Shown: piece after piece, positions 28,402-37,881 of the stretch
Position numbering within the stretch: position 1 is the first letter of the stretch
How the letters are laid out: each line of letters opens with the position of its first letter
Sequence record: MW812342.1
Length of the DNA: 64,000 bases
Reading direction: 5' to 3' (one strand)
Translations under genes and position numbers: made by a program
Notes under the pieces: model-generated
What the model saw: the letters and a program-made list of their open reading frames with translations, nothing else
Database searches by the model: none
Told to the model about the DNA's origin: nothing

Positions 28402-29004
28402 ATGACCAAAATCTATCGCATTGCTGTTATTGGTTCACGGGAAACCGAAGAAGCCACCATGGCCGAGATGTACATGGCGTTACTCCGTGGATTCAATATG
28501 CTACACCACCGAGGTTACAAGATTCTTTACAGCAGTGGCGGGTGCTGGAAAGGCCCTGACCAGTTACAATTCAGGTTTGCTAAGCAGTGGGCGAACACCA
28601 TCGACCAAGACACCGGCAAGAAGGTGGTGTGGGATGATGAGTTTATCTGTTATCTGGCAGACGATAAAAAGATGGGGTGGTTGCCGGGCTTGCATCCTAA
28701 CGTTGACTTCCGTGTAATCGCACAGGACGAACGCTACCGCGATATCGTACGAAAGCTACACCCTTACCCTGATAAGTTAAAAGAATTCGCCTGGGGGCTT
28801 CATGGGCGCAATTTGAACATCATTATGGGGGATAATCTGGATACACCAGTCGATGCCGTCTATTATTCGGCTCCACTCGATAAACACGGCAATCCAACGG
28901 GTGGCACGGCGATGGGTGTGAAGTACGCCAAGGAGTGTGGCATCCCCTGTTATAACCACGGCTACGATGCCCGTACGTGGCTGGAGACCGTGCGTTTATT
29001 ATGA
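28402..29004 (+). CDS. stand-alone SLOG (DprA/Smf/LOG-like Rossmann fold) protein
   Basis: IAVIGSRE, SGGCWKGPDQ and GGTAMGVKYAKECGIPCYN match SLOG motifs; GGAGG RBS. Confidence 0.75.
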   Translation: MTKIYRIAVIGSRETEEATMAEMYMALLRGFNMLHHRGYKILYSSGGCWKGPDQLQFRFAKQWANTIDQDTGKKVVWDDEFICYLADDKKMGWLPGLHPNVDFRVIAQDERYRDIVRKLHPYPDKLKEFAWGLHGRNLNIIMGDNLDTPVDAVYYSAPLDKHGNPTGGTAMGVKYAKECGIPCYNHGYDARTWLETVRLL

Positions 29005-29031
29005 CCCGGCCGCATACCTGAGGAAGCCACT

Positions 29032-29304
29032 ATGAAACCCTATCCATTCTGGAAACGTCTGTTCTATGCTTTCTTCCCTGAGAAGGAAGTACAACCCAAG
29101 AAAATCATCTTCACGTACGATCGCACAGAAGAAGAATTCTGGGCAATGCTGAATAAGGATTATCCGGGGTGGACTGCCATCTTTCCGTTCATGGAACGGA
29201 ACGAGCCGCGTGTGATTCACTACCATGCGGTGAATGGGGATCTTGTGGCTATCTGCGTACGCTGGCCAAACCGTAACTATTACTACACCGTGAAGGTGTC
29301 TTAA
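29032..29304 (+). CDS. hypothetical protein
   Basis: 90 aa, GAGGA RBS. Confidence 0.6.
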   Translation: MKPYPFWKRLFYAFFPEKEVQPKKIIFTYDRTEEEFWAMLNKDYPGWTAIFPFMERNEPRVIHYHAVNGDLVAICVRWPNRNYYYTVKVS

Positions 29305-29313
29305 CGAAGGGGT

Positions 29314-30486
29314 GTGGCCATGTCGTCACCAGATTTAGATTTTATCACACTGTGTGAGGACTTCGACACAGTGGTGGCATTGGAGTCCATTGGGGTGGGA
29401 ATGAACAACCCAATGATGCGGTCGATTGCCATGCGTTGGAATGTGTTGGACGAGGCCGAAGCAGAGTGGGAAGAAGCTGTCGCGCGTGAATCTAATGCGA
29501 TGATGGAACGTGCGCAAGCGGTAGCTGACGGGGCGGCACAAGGCAGTATCGCGAAGAAGGTCGCCAAGGACGCGGGTAAAGCCGCGGTGGGTGTGGGAAT
29601 GGGTGCTGCGCGACTGGCCGGTAAAGGCGCGGCAAAGGGTGCAAAAGCCGCCGGTAAAGGTGCTGCACACCTCTCCACCAAACTGCTGGATAAATTCAAA
29701 GAGTGGGCAGAGCACTACGGCCCTATCTTTAAAGAGAAAATGGCTGACATGACGTCGAAGTCCACTATGATGGAAAAACGCCGTCAGAAGCTGGAATCCA
29801 AACTGCACACGGCCGAGATTCACCCGCAGGATGTCCGTGTCCTGACGTGGGCGAGTTGTGTCTGTTTCGAAGACAAGCCCAACCTTGATAAATGCATCGA
29901 GCTGTCGAACCACAGTGAAGCGATGGCAGCCGCGGTGAAAGAATACACCGTGAAAGTCGACCAGACCAAACTGATCGTTGACCGCCGGAAGAAGAACGAT
30001 GACGGTACTCTGGATAAAATCGGTTACCCGTCGAATGCGGCGATTCACCGCGCATCGGGCCTTCTCGGTCGCTTTACAGAGAACGACGTCAAAGCCCGTC
30101 CGTTAGCCGGTAACGTTATCATTGTTACCCGTGGATTCGGTGCAAAAGAGAAAGTCGAGTTTGCGGTTGCGCGCGAAGCCCAGATTGGCGGTAAGTTCGA
30201 AACGCTGTCTAAGGCCGAGTGTGAAAAGGCGTTAGATGCTGTTAAGCGCATCGCCCAAGCGCTCGAAGACCGCAGTGTTAAGCGGGGTGTCTTCAGCTAC
30301 ACCGGCATCTATGAAAACATGGAAAAGCTGCGTGAGCACATGAAGGACTTGGACGGGAACGAGCTGCGTGCGGTTACCCTCCAGTTCAAGAACGCCATGG
30401 CCGTCGAAGATGCGTTTACAACAGCACTCGTTCGTGTGGGTGATGGCCTGCTCAATTGGGTGCAGGCGTCCATTAAGGCGGGTTAA
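29314..30486 (+). CDS. internal head / ejection protein paralog (phiKZ inner-body-like family)
   Basis: Acidic propeptide ending VALES (AxE prohead-protease motif), further ARES site, Ala/Gly/Lys-rich helical segment. Confidence 0.6.
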   Translation: MAMSSPDLDFITLCEDFDTVVALESIGVGMNNPMMRSIAMRWNVLDEAEAEWEEAVARESNAMMERAQAVADGAAQGSIAKKVAKDAGKAAVGVGMGAARLAGKGAAKGAKAAGKGAAHLSTKLLDKFKEWAEHYGPIFKEKMADMTSKSTMMEKRRQKLESKLHTAEIHPQDVRVLTWASCVCFEDKPNLDKCIELSNHSEAMAAAVKEYTVKVDQTKLIVDRRKKNDDGTLDKIGYPSNAAIHRASGLLGRFTENDVKARPLAGNVIIVTRGFGAKEKVEFAVAREAQIGGKFETLSKAECEKALDAVKRIAQALEDRSVKRGVFSYTGIYENMEKLREHMKDLDGNELRAVTLQFKNAMAVEDAFTTALVRVGDGLLNWVQASIKAG

Positions 30487-30488
30487 GC

Positions 30489-30965
30489 ATGAAAGTCGTT
30501 TTAGTTTCTAAGTTAACATCCCGGCTTGGTCAGAAGTTCCACGCCGAGTTAACCGATTTGCACAACAGTCTCTATAACGACCAGCAGGCCCGTCTTAAAG
30601 ACCTGAATGGCCGTAGCGGCTTTAATGAAATCGATGATGTCTCCGAAGTCTGGAGCGAGGGGCAACAGGCCGCTATCGCAGTGGACGACGAAGGTCGGGC
30701 TGTGGGTTTCCTGTCGTTCTCCATCCAGACTGGCCGGTCGAATATGGGCAGCAAGTGGTTGTGGATTTACAACTTCTATGTCAATAACGACCAACGGGGT
30801 AAAGGTGTCGGGCTCCTGTTGATGAACGCGGTACGTGACCATGGGAAAGCCAAAGGCTGTGGTTTCATGCAGCTCTACGTGCTGGACAACAACCAGCAAG
30901 CGATTGCGATGTACCAGAAGTTTGGTTTTCGCACCGAATATCGGGATATGGTGAAGGAGATTTAA
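30489..30965 (+). CDS. GNAT-family acetyltransferase
   Basis: FYVNNDQRGKGVGLLLM (motif A) and VLDNNQQAIAMYQKFGF (motif B). Confidence 0.9.
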   Translation: MKVVLVSKLTSRLGQKFHAELTDLHNSLYNDQQARLKDLNGRSGFNEIDDVSEVWSEGQQAAIAVDDEGRAVGFLSFSIQTGRSNMGSKWLWIYNFYVNNDQRGKGVGLLLMNAVRDHGKAKGCGFMQLYVLDNNQQAIAMYQKFGFRTEYRDMVKEI

Positions 30966-31571
30966 ATGGCAACTGTTCGCAATGTGCCCCATCAGGAGGG
31001 CCGTCATTATACGTTTGGTGTGAAGCGGCACTTCCTAGGTTTCCGTCCGGGATGGAAAGTGGTTCGCATCGCGGGCAGTTTCTGGCATCTCCCACCCAAC
31101 GTGTTGAAACATTACTCGGTAGAACAGATACAGCATTTTCTGGCACTGGCGGATTGGCAGCAAAAGGAGTCGTTCAACGCCATCAGGTGCAACGAAATTG
31201 GTAAGTCTCGGAATGCAACCGAGCCGGGTGTGTACTGGACGGGGCAAAACGCGTTCCGTGCGGGCGGCTTTGTGGGCCCAACGGAAGTGCGAGAAGTTGA
31301 AGGGATGTTGGATGGCAAGAAGTACATCGGTCTGCACATCCACTGTCCTGATTCCCCTCAGTATGACTACCTGCTCGTTACCGACAGAGATGTGACCTTC
31401 TCGACGTTTTACAAATACCTCTTGTTCTACAGTCGAAACATCTACTTCCACCCGTTCAATCGTGACCGGCCGTGGGACATCGGTTTTCCTTACTTACGCC
31501 TACGGAGTAAAGAGGCATGTTCTATCGAGAACTTCAACAGTATACCGACGCTTTGCAAAGAAGCGAGCTAA
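30966..31571 (+). CDS. hypothetical protein
   Basis: 201 aa, abutting GNAT stop, AAGGAG RBS. Confidence 0.65.
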   Translation: MATVRNVPHQEGRHYTFGVKRHFLGFRPGWKVVRIAGSFWHLPPNVLKHYSVEQIQHFLALADWQQKESFNAIRCNEIGKSRNATEPGVYWTGQNAFRAGGFVGPTEVREVEGMLDGKKYIGLHIHCPDSPQYDYLLVTDRDVTFSTFYKYLLFYSRNIYFHPFNRDRPWDIGFPYLRLRSKEACSIENFNSIPTLCKEAS

Positions 31572-31885
31572 AGCACGACAGTAACTTTGATGATGTCACG
31601 GATGTCCTTTCTCAATTTGAAGATCTCGTTGTTGTCGTCAAAACCGACCCTATCGGGGACCAATCACGCAGCTTAGAATTGATACTGCGTAACCCCCATG
31701 GGCGGTTCCATTTACGTTTCCGATACAGTAAGGACTTTTTGCTCACCTTATTGTGTCACGTTGAAACGAATGGCCAGCGCCACAAAGTGCGTTGGTGGGA
31801 CGATTATTCCAAGTTCGAGTACGCAGAAGCGGAACACCGCCAAACCGTATACGACTTTATGCGAGCCGTAATTAACGGATTTTGA
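31517..31885 (+). CDS. hypothetical protein
   Basis: 122 aa, GAGG RBS, overlaps the upstream gene. Confidence 0.55.
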   Translation: MFYRELQQYTDALQRSELKHDSNFDDVTDVLSQFEDLVVVVKTDPIGDQSRSLELILRNPHGRFHLRFRYSKDFLLTLLCHVETNGQRHKVRWWDDYSKFEYAEAEHRQTVYDFMRAVINGF

Positions 31886-31895
31886 GAGAGCGAAA

Positions 31896-32495
31896 ATGCC
31901 TGAGATGATCTTAGACTCGCTTTTCCTGATCACCAATGCGTACATTGATAAGAATGGTAAACTGCCGGTGCGTATCTGCGTCCGGCGCAGCGGCGTAAGC
32001 CGACTGTATCACATTACCAAGGTCTTAGACATCGCGTGTAAAGTGACCGGGATGAAGCGACCGAAAACTCTGAACAACTTCAAACACGTTCAGGGTATTT
32101 TACACAAAGCCATGTGTGACATGCACCGTAAGCGTCGTCACTCGCCGTATCACCCATTAACACGAGCATCAGGAGGTAACGTGGAGTATCGTGAGAACAT
32201 CGTTAACCTGCGTCCGGGTTATTGCAATGTCGCCGGGTTGGGCGCGCAGCGTTTGCGCAACATCATTCAGGGCAAGAATGCTGAGCCGACGCCGCAGGAA
32301 GCGGAGCACGCGATGTCGCTTCTTCGCGCCGCTGAACTGGTGGTGGTTGACACCGAAGTCGAAGCGTACCGCATGCAGTTCTTCTTGACGGATCGCGGAC
32401 TCACTGCATTAGTGGTGTACGGTGAAACGGCAGATAAGCTGAACCTGCCAAGTACAGATGGCGTCTGGTCAAAACCGACCGTCGAGCATCTGTAA
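31896..32495 (+). CDS. hypothetical basic protein
   Basis: 199 aa; terminator follows. Confidence 0.65.
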   Translation: MPEMILDSLFLITNAYIDKNGKLPVRICVRRSGVSRLYHITKVLDIACKVTGMKRPKTLNNFKHVQGILHKAMCDMHRKRRHSPYHPLTRASGGNVEYRENIVNLRPGYCNVAGLGAQRLRNIIQGKNAEPTPQEAEHAMSLLRAAELVVVDTEVEAYRMQFFLTDRGLTALVVYGETADKLNLPSTDGVWSKPTVEHL

Positions 32496-32500
32496 CGTTT

Positions 32501-32537
32501 ACCCACCCCTCGGGGTGGGTTCACTCTATTATTTTTT
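32501..32537 (+). terminator. Rho-independent terminator
   Basis: ACCCACCC-CTCG-GGGTGGGT plus T-rich tail. Confidence 0.75.
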
Positions 32538-32560
32538 GAATAGATATTATTCAAGGGAGA
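32537..32560 (+). promoter_or_regulatory. putative early promoter/operator motif, copy 4 (variant)
   Basis: GAATAGATATTATTCAAGGGAGA; the inner palindrome becomes GAATA-N5-TATTC. Confidence 0.55.
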
Positions 32561-32650
32561 TAACAATAGTTATCTTTTTTACAAGAGTTACGTTAAGTAT
32601 GCCGTAGTGCGTCGGTTAAAACGCATCAACTAACCTAAGAGAGAAATACC

Positions 32651-33427
32651 ATGACTTTATTAAAAGATCCAACTGTCAAAGAAATCTATTCACTGCCAAC
32701 CGTGGATGGGAAATATCGCTATGTGTTCCAGTACAATCTCGGCGATTTAACCCAGAACAATATTCCGCGTGGTATCACCCACAAACTCGTGAATAGCGAG
32801 ACGGGTGCGACTCTGGTGAGTGGACGGTTGTTCTTCTGTGCACCCAGTTGGAAGCATGAAGATATGGTGAAGAAAATGCTCGAAGAGATGAAGCTGGTCT
32901 CCGCGAGAATGTTCTTCAAGACGGTTGCACGTAAACCTGATTTGTTGGAGACGTGGAAACATCACGACCTTCCGGCCCTGAAGGGTGCTTGCGAACGTTA
33001 CGTCTATGTTGAAGAAGCCATCAATCGTTTCTTCGCTGACGTAATGAAAACAGAACGTCTACAGAGAAAACCTGAGGATGGACAGAACTACTTCGTCCGA
33101 CAGAAGTCGGAAGAACGTATACGTGGTAAGTTCGGTGATTATGAATTGTCGGTAGTGCGTCGTTTAGAACTGTTCGGTCCGGTTACTACACTCAACGACG
33201 TCCGCGTAACGTATGAATTATCACCGTCGGCACGCGTTACCACTTCGGAAAGCGTCTCGCCCGGTACCCTCTCGTTTACGCTCCGATATCCACTGCACGA
33301 GTGGCCGATGTTGAAAGCGTTCTTCCTTGACCATCGTGTTAATCCCGTCGTCACCGCATGGATTGAAAACAGTTGGACTGAGGAACTCCGTAAACTGGCT
33401 ATGAACAAAGACAATATCGACTTCTAA
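32651..33427 (+). CDS. hypothetical (probably early) protein
   Basis: 258 aa, downstream of promoter motif, own terminator. Confidence 0.7.
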   Translation: MTLLKDPTVKEIYSLPTVDGKYRYVFQYNLGDLTQNNIPRGITHKLVNSETGATLVSGRLFFCAPSWKHEDMVKKMLEEMKLVSARMFFKTVARKPDLLETWKHHDLPALKGACERYVYVEEAINRFFADVMKTERLQRKPEDGQNYFVRQKSEERIRGKFGDYELSVVRRLELFGPVTTLNDVRVTYELSPSARVTTSESVSPGTLSFTLRYPLHEWPMLKAFFLDHRVNPVVTAWIENSWTEELRKLAMNKDNIDF

Positions 33428-33432
33428 TAACT

Positions 33433-33467
33433 CAGGCATCCTTCGGGGTGCCTGCTTTATTTTTTTT
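33433..33467 (+). terminator. Rho-independent terminator
   Basis: CAGGCATCC-TTCG-GGGTGCCTG plus T run. Confidence 0.85.
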
Positions 33468-33480
33468 GTTCAATTACAGC

Positions 33481-33496
33481 AGTTGTACATTATGTG
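33481..33496 (+). promoter_or_regulatory. candidate nvRNAP promoter upstream of tmk
   Basis: AGTTGTACATTATGTG, matches 26316-26331. Confidence 0.4.
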
Positions 33497-33531
33497 TACA
33501 GAACACTTAAAGCTTTAATGGGGAAAACGTA

Positions 33532-34173
33532 ATGACAGCCATTACCGCGGCCTTCGATGGCCACGATTATGCTGGGAAGTCTACGATGGTGCAGAAAGTT
33601 CGCGCCGTCTTAGAAGGTCTGGGTCTGCGAGTGAAGGTGGTTAACCACCCGTGTGCAGATACTGAGACAGGACAGTTTGCTCGCCGTCAGTTAGTGACCG
33701 GTGTGGCAGATGGCCTGGTTGCACGGGCAATGTGTCAGGATTTCGAATACACACTGCAATACGTCGTACCCCAATACGACGTGGTTTTGCTTGACCGTTG
33801 GGCACCCGTGACAATCGCGAACCAAGGTGATGAAGGTCGTCAGGAAGTCTTCCGCTCTGGTGTGTGTAACCAACCGGGTTCTCCCCAGATTTATGTTTCG
33901 ATGGAAGTCGGTTTTGAAACCGCCAAACTCCGTCGCAACAAACGTCTGGCTGAGAAAGGGCTGGACTGGGATGATGCGGTCAGTGGTAAGATGTTCGAGT
34001 CGGAAGAAGCGTGGGATGCGTATCGCGATCGTTATCGTTATGCGTTCCAGATTCTGACCGAGGGCGGGGATAAGTTCCAGTGGCTGAAGTTTGACGAACA
34101 GTCTGACCAAGTTACGGCACCGCTCACTATTGCGACCGCAATCGCAGTGGCGTATGTGAACAAACTAAAATAA
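33532..34173 (+). CDS. tmk: thymidylate (dTMP) kinase
   Basis: P-loop FDGHDYAGKST, NHP, and LLDRW motif. Confidence 0.85.
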   Translation: MTAITAAFDGHDYAGKSTMVQKVRAVLEGLGLRVKVVNHPCADTETGQFARRQLVTGVADGLVARAMCQDFEYTLQYVVPQYDVVLLDRWAPVTIANQGDEGRQEVFRSGVCNQPGSPQIYVSMEVGFETAKLRRNKRLAEKGLDWDDAVSGKMFESEEAWDAYRDRYRYAFQILTEGGDKFQWLKFDEQSDQVTAPLTIATAIAVAYVNKLK

Positions 34174-34180
34174 GAAATAC

Positions 34181-34215
34181 CCCTCTTACCCTCGGGTAAG
34201 AGGGTTTTATTTTTT
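34181..34215 (+). terminator. Rho-independent terminator
   Basis: CCCTCTTACC-CTCG-GGTAAGAGGG plus T run. Confidence 0.85.
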
Positions 34216-34252
34216 ACACCACCGGGTAGTCCTATGCTTTATTCCACAAAAT

Positions 34253-34275
34253 CTCAGATAGATATCATCTAGGTG
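34253..34275 (+). promoter_or_regulatory. putative early promoter/operator motif, copy 5
   Basis: CTCAGATAGATATCATCTAGGTG directly upstream of the HTH gene. Confidence 0.7.
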
Positions 34276-34321
34276 GACATTGAAATCAATGTCTTATTGT
34301 ACCCACAAGGAGAATCAAATA

Positions 34322-34672
34322 ATGCGTTATATCCACGATGCTACCCGCAATGCCAAAAACAAGTTCGTCAACCAGATGAGCTTCATCATTGAAAAGATTG
34401 TTGAAGACGGTGTGACCCAGCGTGAACTTGCTGACGTCGCAAAAGTCTCACCGGGCGTCATTAGCAACATCAAATTCGGTCGCGTTGACCGTGTTTCATT
34501 TGACGTCGTTAAGCGTGTCGCCGATGCCCTGCGTCTGGAATATACTATCACCGTAACGTCTCGCTTTGGTAAGGCTACCGAAGTTGTGACCGTACAAACC
34601 GGTTATGAATATATGAGACTCAATGCCGCATGGCAGGGTCACCAGGCTAAGTCCGTCCGTATCGCACACTAA
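34322..34672 (+). CDS. XRE/Cro-family helix-turn-helix protein
   Basis: GVTQRELADVAKVSPGVISNIKFG...VSFDVVKRVADAL; ATG at 34322 after an AAGGAG RBS. Confidence 0.85.
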   Translation: MRYIHDATRNAKNKFVNQMSFIIEKIVEDGVTQRELADVAKVSPGVISNIKFGRVDRVSFDVVKRVADALRLEYTITVTSRFGKATEVVTVQTGYEYMRLNAAWQGHQAKSVRIAH

Positions 34673-34683
34673 TCGAGGTTACC

Positions 34684-35148
34684 ATGAAAGCAATTTATGC
34701 CGCTGGTAAGACCCAGCACATTATTTCTCCACACGACGAATGTTGCCCACACCTCCATCAGTGGCAAATCGCACCGTATTACACCGCGCAAATTGTCGGC
34801 CCTATCCGTACGGTGTTCTACACCTGTAAGTCGTGCCACGAAGCGCTACAGAACGAAATCGCGCAGAACTTCATCCTCTGCAACGATTGCCGTAAACCGA
34901 TGGCCCCGGAAGAAGTGATTTGCTGGTCACCGTACGACAGCAACCCTGCTGAACCGACCATTTATCTGTGCAAAGACTGTGAGTGTGGCACAAAGCATTT
35001 CGACCGTGTTGAATACGACCGTGCGAATTTCGTGCAAAGCTACCCGGTCAAACAACGTAATCTCCGCCTACTCGCGACAAGCGATGCCGGAATGAACATG
35101 CGTTATATCCCGGAGCCGATTCGTCGTCCGTATGACACACACATCTAA
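34684..35148 (+). CDS. Cys-rich zinc-finger protein
   Basis: CCPH, CKSC, CNDC and CKDC pairs. Confidence 0.65.
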   Translation: MKAIYAAGKTQHIISPHDECCPHLHQWQIAPYYTAQIVGPIRTVFYTCKSCHEALQNEIAQNFILCNDCRKPMAPEEVICWSPYDSNPAEPTIYLCKDCECGTKHFDRVEYDRANFVQSYPVKQRNLRLLATSDAGMNMRYIPEPIRRPYDTHI

Positions 35149-35158
35149 AAATAAAGTA

Positions 35159-35187
35159 AAGGGGGTCTTTCCCCCTTCTTATTTTTT
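35159..35187 (+). terminator. probable terminator
   Basis: AAGGGG-gtcttt-CCCCTT plus T-rich tail. Confidence 0.55.
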
Positions 35188-35246
35188 GCCTTTTTACGCA
35201 ACTTCCCTTTCCTGTGAATAACAAGAATTTGTTGCGGGGGAAATCG

Positions 35247-36254
35247 ATGCAATCGATAGCGCAATCAACCATCATTAAACCGTCGGTCGAACCGACAGAA
35301 CAGCAAATCAACATCACCATTGAACGGCTTACTTGGGGGAGCGAGAAAGCGCGCGAGTATTATCACGCCTTTGGGTCGCGTACCATTCCGATTAAGCGAT
35401 TGAACGTCATTCTCAAGAATCCGCAGTATCAAGTCTTTGGTCTGCGTAACGACAGGCACATCCCGCTCGGATATGTCTCGGTCATTACCACCATGGGCGA
35501 TGAAACGCTCATCATTCACCATGCAGAAGAGATTATTACCAACTCTCTCAACAAAGTGGCGATGATGATGTTGTTGGATCATGTCGGGTGTCGCTATGCA
35601 ATGGCGGTTGACGGGACATCTGATAACTTCGACTTCCGCAAACGCATGGGCTTTAAGCTGATTGAAAACAACTGGATGGTGAACTGTAAGCCGTATGAGA
35701 AACTCCCTATCGATAAGCGGATTGTGGATGTCTCAGGTTTAGAGTCCCTCAGCGAACATCAGCTTGAGCAACTTACCGACTTAGTTCGCCACACCATCTG
35801 GCGCGAAGGACAGACCGATCCGTTTGGTCGGGAAATCTTCCGTGAAGTGCTACCTGAGTCGGTGATTGAACGTGGCCGTACTAGCCAGTATAAAACGCTG
35901 GTCTGGATGGATGCGGGTGACATCCTTGGTGTCGCACAACTACAATATGCCCAATGGGGTGAAGTTATCCTGAGTGGGGTTGGGGTTGATGGTTCACACA
36001 CCGGCAAACGCATCGGCCGTAATCTGGTTGCGGCTGCGACCCAGAAGGCGGGTATGTCCCACGAGCACCTGATGGCGACCACCTTTGCAGACAACGGGCC
36101 AATGAACCATTTGTTTGGCAATCTGTTAGGTTGGGAAGTGTTGCCGGGGTCAATTGGCGTCGAGCTGGTTGAAAACGCGGTAAGTTGGAAGAAGTCGAAG
36201 AAGTATCTGGGTGTGACTGCCGGTCACGGTGCCCCAGTGTACAAAGGGGATTGA
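35247..36254 (+). CDS. tandem GNAT protein (degenerate N-domain, canonical C-domain)
   Basis: C-domain VGVDGSHTGKRIGRNLV and ADNGPMNHLF...LLGW; N-domain ends FRKRMGF. Confidence 0.8.
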   Translation: MQSIAQSTIIKPSVEPTEQQINITIERLTWGSEKAREYYHAFGSRTIPIKRLNVILKNPQYQVFGLRNDRHIPLGYVSVITTMGDETLIIHHAEEIITNSLNKVAMMMLLDHVGCRYAMAVDGTSDNFDFRKRMGFKLIENNWMVNCKPYEKLPIDKRIVDVSGLESLSEHQLEQLTDLVRHTIWREGQTDPFGREIFREVLPESVIERGRTSQYKTLVWMDAGDILGVAQLQYAQWGEVILSGVGVDGSHTGKRIGRNLVAAATQKAGMSHEHLMATTFADNGPMNHLFGNLLGWEVLPGSIGVELVENAVSWKKSKKYLGVTAGHGAPVYKGD

Positions 36255-36255
36255 G

Positions 36256-37077
36256 ATGCGTTCTATTTTAAAATGGGTCGGTGGAAAGAAGCGAATCATC
36301 CAACCCCTGCGTAAGGTGTTCGGTGATGTCGAGTGTTTCGTCGAGCCGTTCGTGGGCGCAGGGTCGGTGTTCCTTAACACCAACTTCCCAAAGTACATTC
36401 TGTCTGATTACAACCCCGATCTGGTTGCGGTGCTCCGCTCCGCCATGGAAGCCCCCGATGATCTGGTCGAGGCTTGTGAGCAACTCTGGGTGAATGGGTG
36501 CGACCCTGAGGTCTATGACGCACGCCGGACAATACTCAACAACCGTGAGAATGTTACCGTCGAAGACACCATTGACCGGGCTGCCATTTTCATTTACCTG
36601 AACCGCCATGGGTACAACGGGTTGTGTCGTTACAACAAGTCGGGCGGGTATAACGTCCCGTACGGTGACCACCCAACCAAACCGTATCTACCTAAAGAAG
36701 AAATCCACGCTTTCTGGAAACGCTGCACGGAATCGGAAGTAGAGTTACGCTGCTGTGGTTTTGAGGAGACAATTATCAATGCACCGAAAGGCTCACTGAT
36801 ATACGCAGACCCTCCGTACATACCCAGCTCGAAAACGTCTTCGTTTGCGCAGTACCATAAATCCTCCTTTAACCAACAACATCAACGCCAATTGGCTAAG
36901 CTCCTGAAAGAAGCGCACCTCCGTGGTTGTCGTGTAGTCTTGTCGAACTCTGATACGCTGCTCACCAAAGACATCTACTACGGCTTCCAATGGCAGACTG
37001 TAGAGGTGGGGCGGTATTTGGGATCGAAAGCCGAGACCCGTGGACGTGTAAACGAGCTGATTGGTGTTCTGGAGTAA
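36256..37077 (+). CDS. dam: DNA adenine methyltransferase (Dam family)
   Basis: LKWVGGK, EPFVGAGSVF, YLNRHGYNGLCRYN, IYADPPY (DPPY) and LSNSDT. Confidence 0.95.
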   Translation: MRSILKWVGGKKRIIQPLRKVFGDVECFVEPFVGAGSVFLNTNFPKYILSDYNPDLVAVLRSAMEAPDDLVEACEQLWVNGCDPEVYDARRTILNNRENVTVEDTIDRAAIFIYLNRHGYNGLCRYNKSGGYNVPYGDHPTKPYLPKEEIHAFWKRCTESEVELRCCGFEETIINAPKGSLIYADPPYIPSSKTSSFAQYHKSSFNQQHQRQLAKLLKEAHLRGCRVVLSNSDTLLTKDIYYGFQWQTVEVGRYLGSKAETRGRVNELIGVLE

Positions 37078-37079
37078 CC

Positions 37080-37874
37080 ATGCACCTGTTATCGTATCCG
37101 CCCGTGTACGAGCGCCCTGTTCTCCTCAATGGTAGGCAGGTTGAAGTTGAACGTATTTGGCAAGGCATTAAACAAACCCATCCGTTAGCGATGGACGAGG
37201 AGCACTATCTGGTGGTGTCTAACACTCGCCAGACACTCCTTGTATTAAGTGGCGAACGTCACGGTGACGTGTTCCATATTCTCAATATGGTGCCGATGAC
37301 AGATAAGCCCTTTTACCAGTGGAAAAACCTCATGCGTCAACTCGAAGTGGTTCACTTCGATGTGGTATTAGACCCCAGTGCTCATGTCGAGCATGGGATA
37401 TGCCAGGCCATGGGTCTTGAGTTCGTGACAAAACGTGTGAAGTTTACCCCGTTTGATGTTTCCCGTTTCAACACACGAGCACCCATGATTCATCGTCAAG
37501 AGAACTGCTCTCTTGATGACATGGAGCGCGTGTGTGAGATAACGAAGAAATCATTACCGGGCTACAAGCACGTCCTAAAGGAAGTGGCGTTTGGCTTTAT
37601 GGAAGTGCTGGTACGCAAACAGAACGACCGGATAACATCGGTGTTGTTTGTTAGCCAGACACCCACTGCCCTGACCGTTGCTAACTATGTTTCTGTGTTC
37701 CATCCGCAGGACAGGCAGTACGCGCAGGACTTCTCGGAGTTCTTCCGCTACATGCTGAAACTGTGCGGGACGGAGAAGAAGTCGCTGTATATCTCGCTGG
37801 ATGCCAAAGCAGAGATACCGACTTACGATGGCATCACACATGAGGTGGTGACCCATCACTACACGATTGCTTAG
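37080..37874 (+). CDS. degenerate tandem GNAT-like protein
   Basis: Two-domain layout parallel to the 35247 gene (first domain ends AMGLEF); no canonical motif A; fold inferred. Confidence 0.4.
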   Translation: MHLLSYPPVYERPVLLNGRQVEVERIWQGIKQTHPLAMDEEHYLVVSNTRQTLLVLSGERHGDVFHILNMVPMTDKPFYQWKNLMRQLEVVHFDVVLDPSAHVEHGICQAMGLEFVTKRVKFTPFDVSRFNTRAPMIHRQENCSLDDMERVCEITKKSLPGYKHVLKEVAFGFMEVLVRKQNDRITSVLFVSQTPTALTVANYVSVFHPQDRQYAQDFSEFFRYMLKLCGTEKKSLYISLDAKAEIPTYDGITHEVVTHHYTIA

Positions 37875-37881
37875 GAGGGTT

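Noticed and set aside
29335-30048. Long antisense ORFs over the head protein and other genes (also 3978-4667, 5383-6009, 19794-20675)
   Set aside because: Shadows of real genes on the opposite strand; no independent signals.
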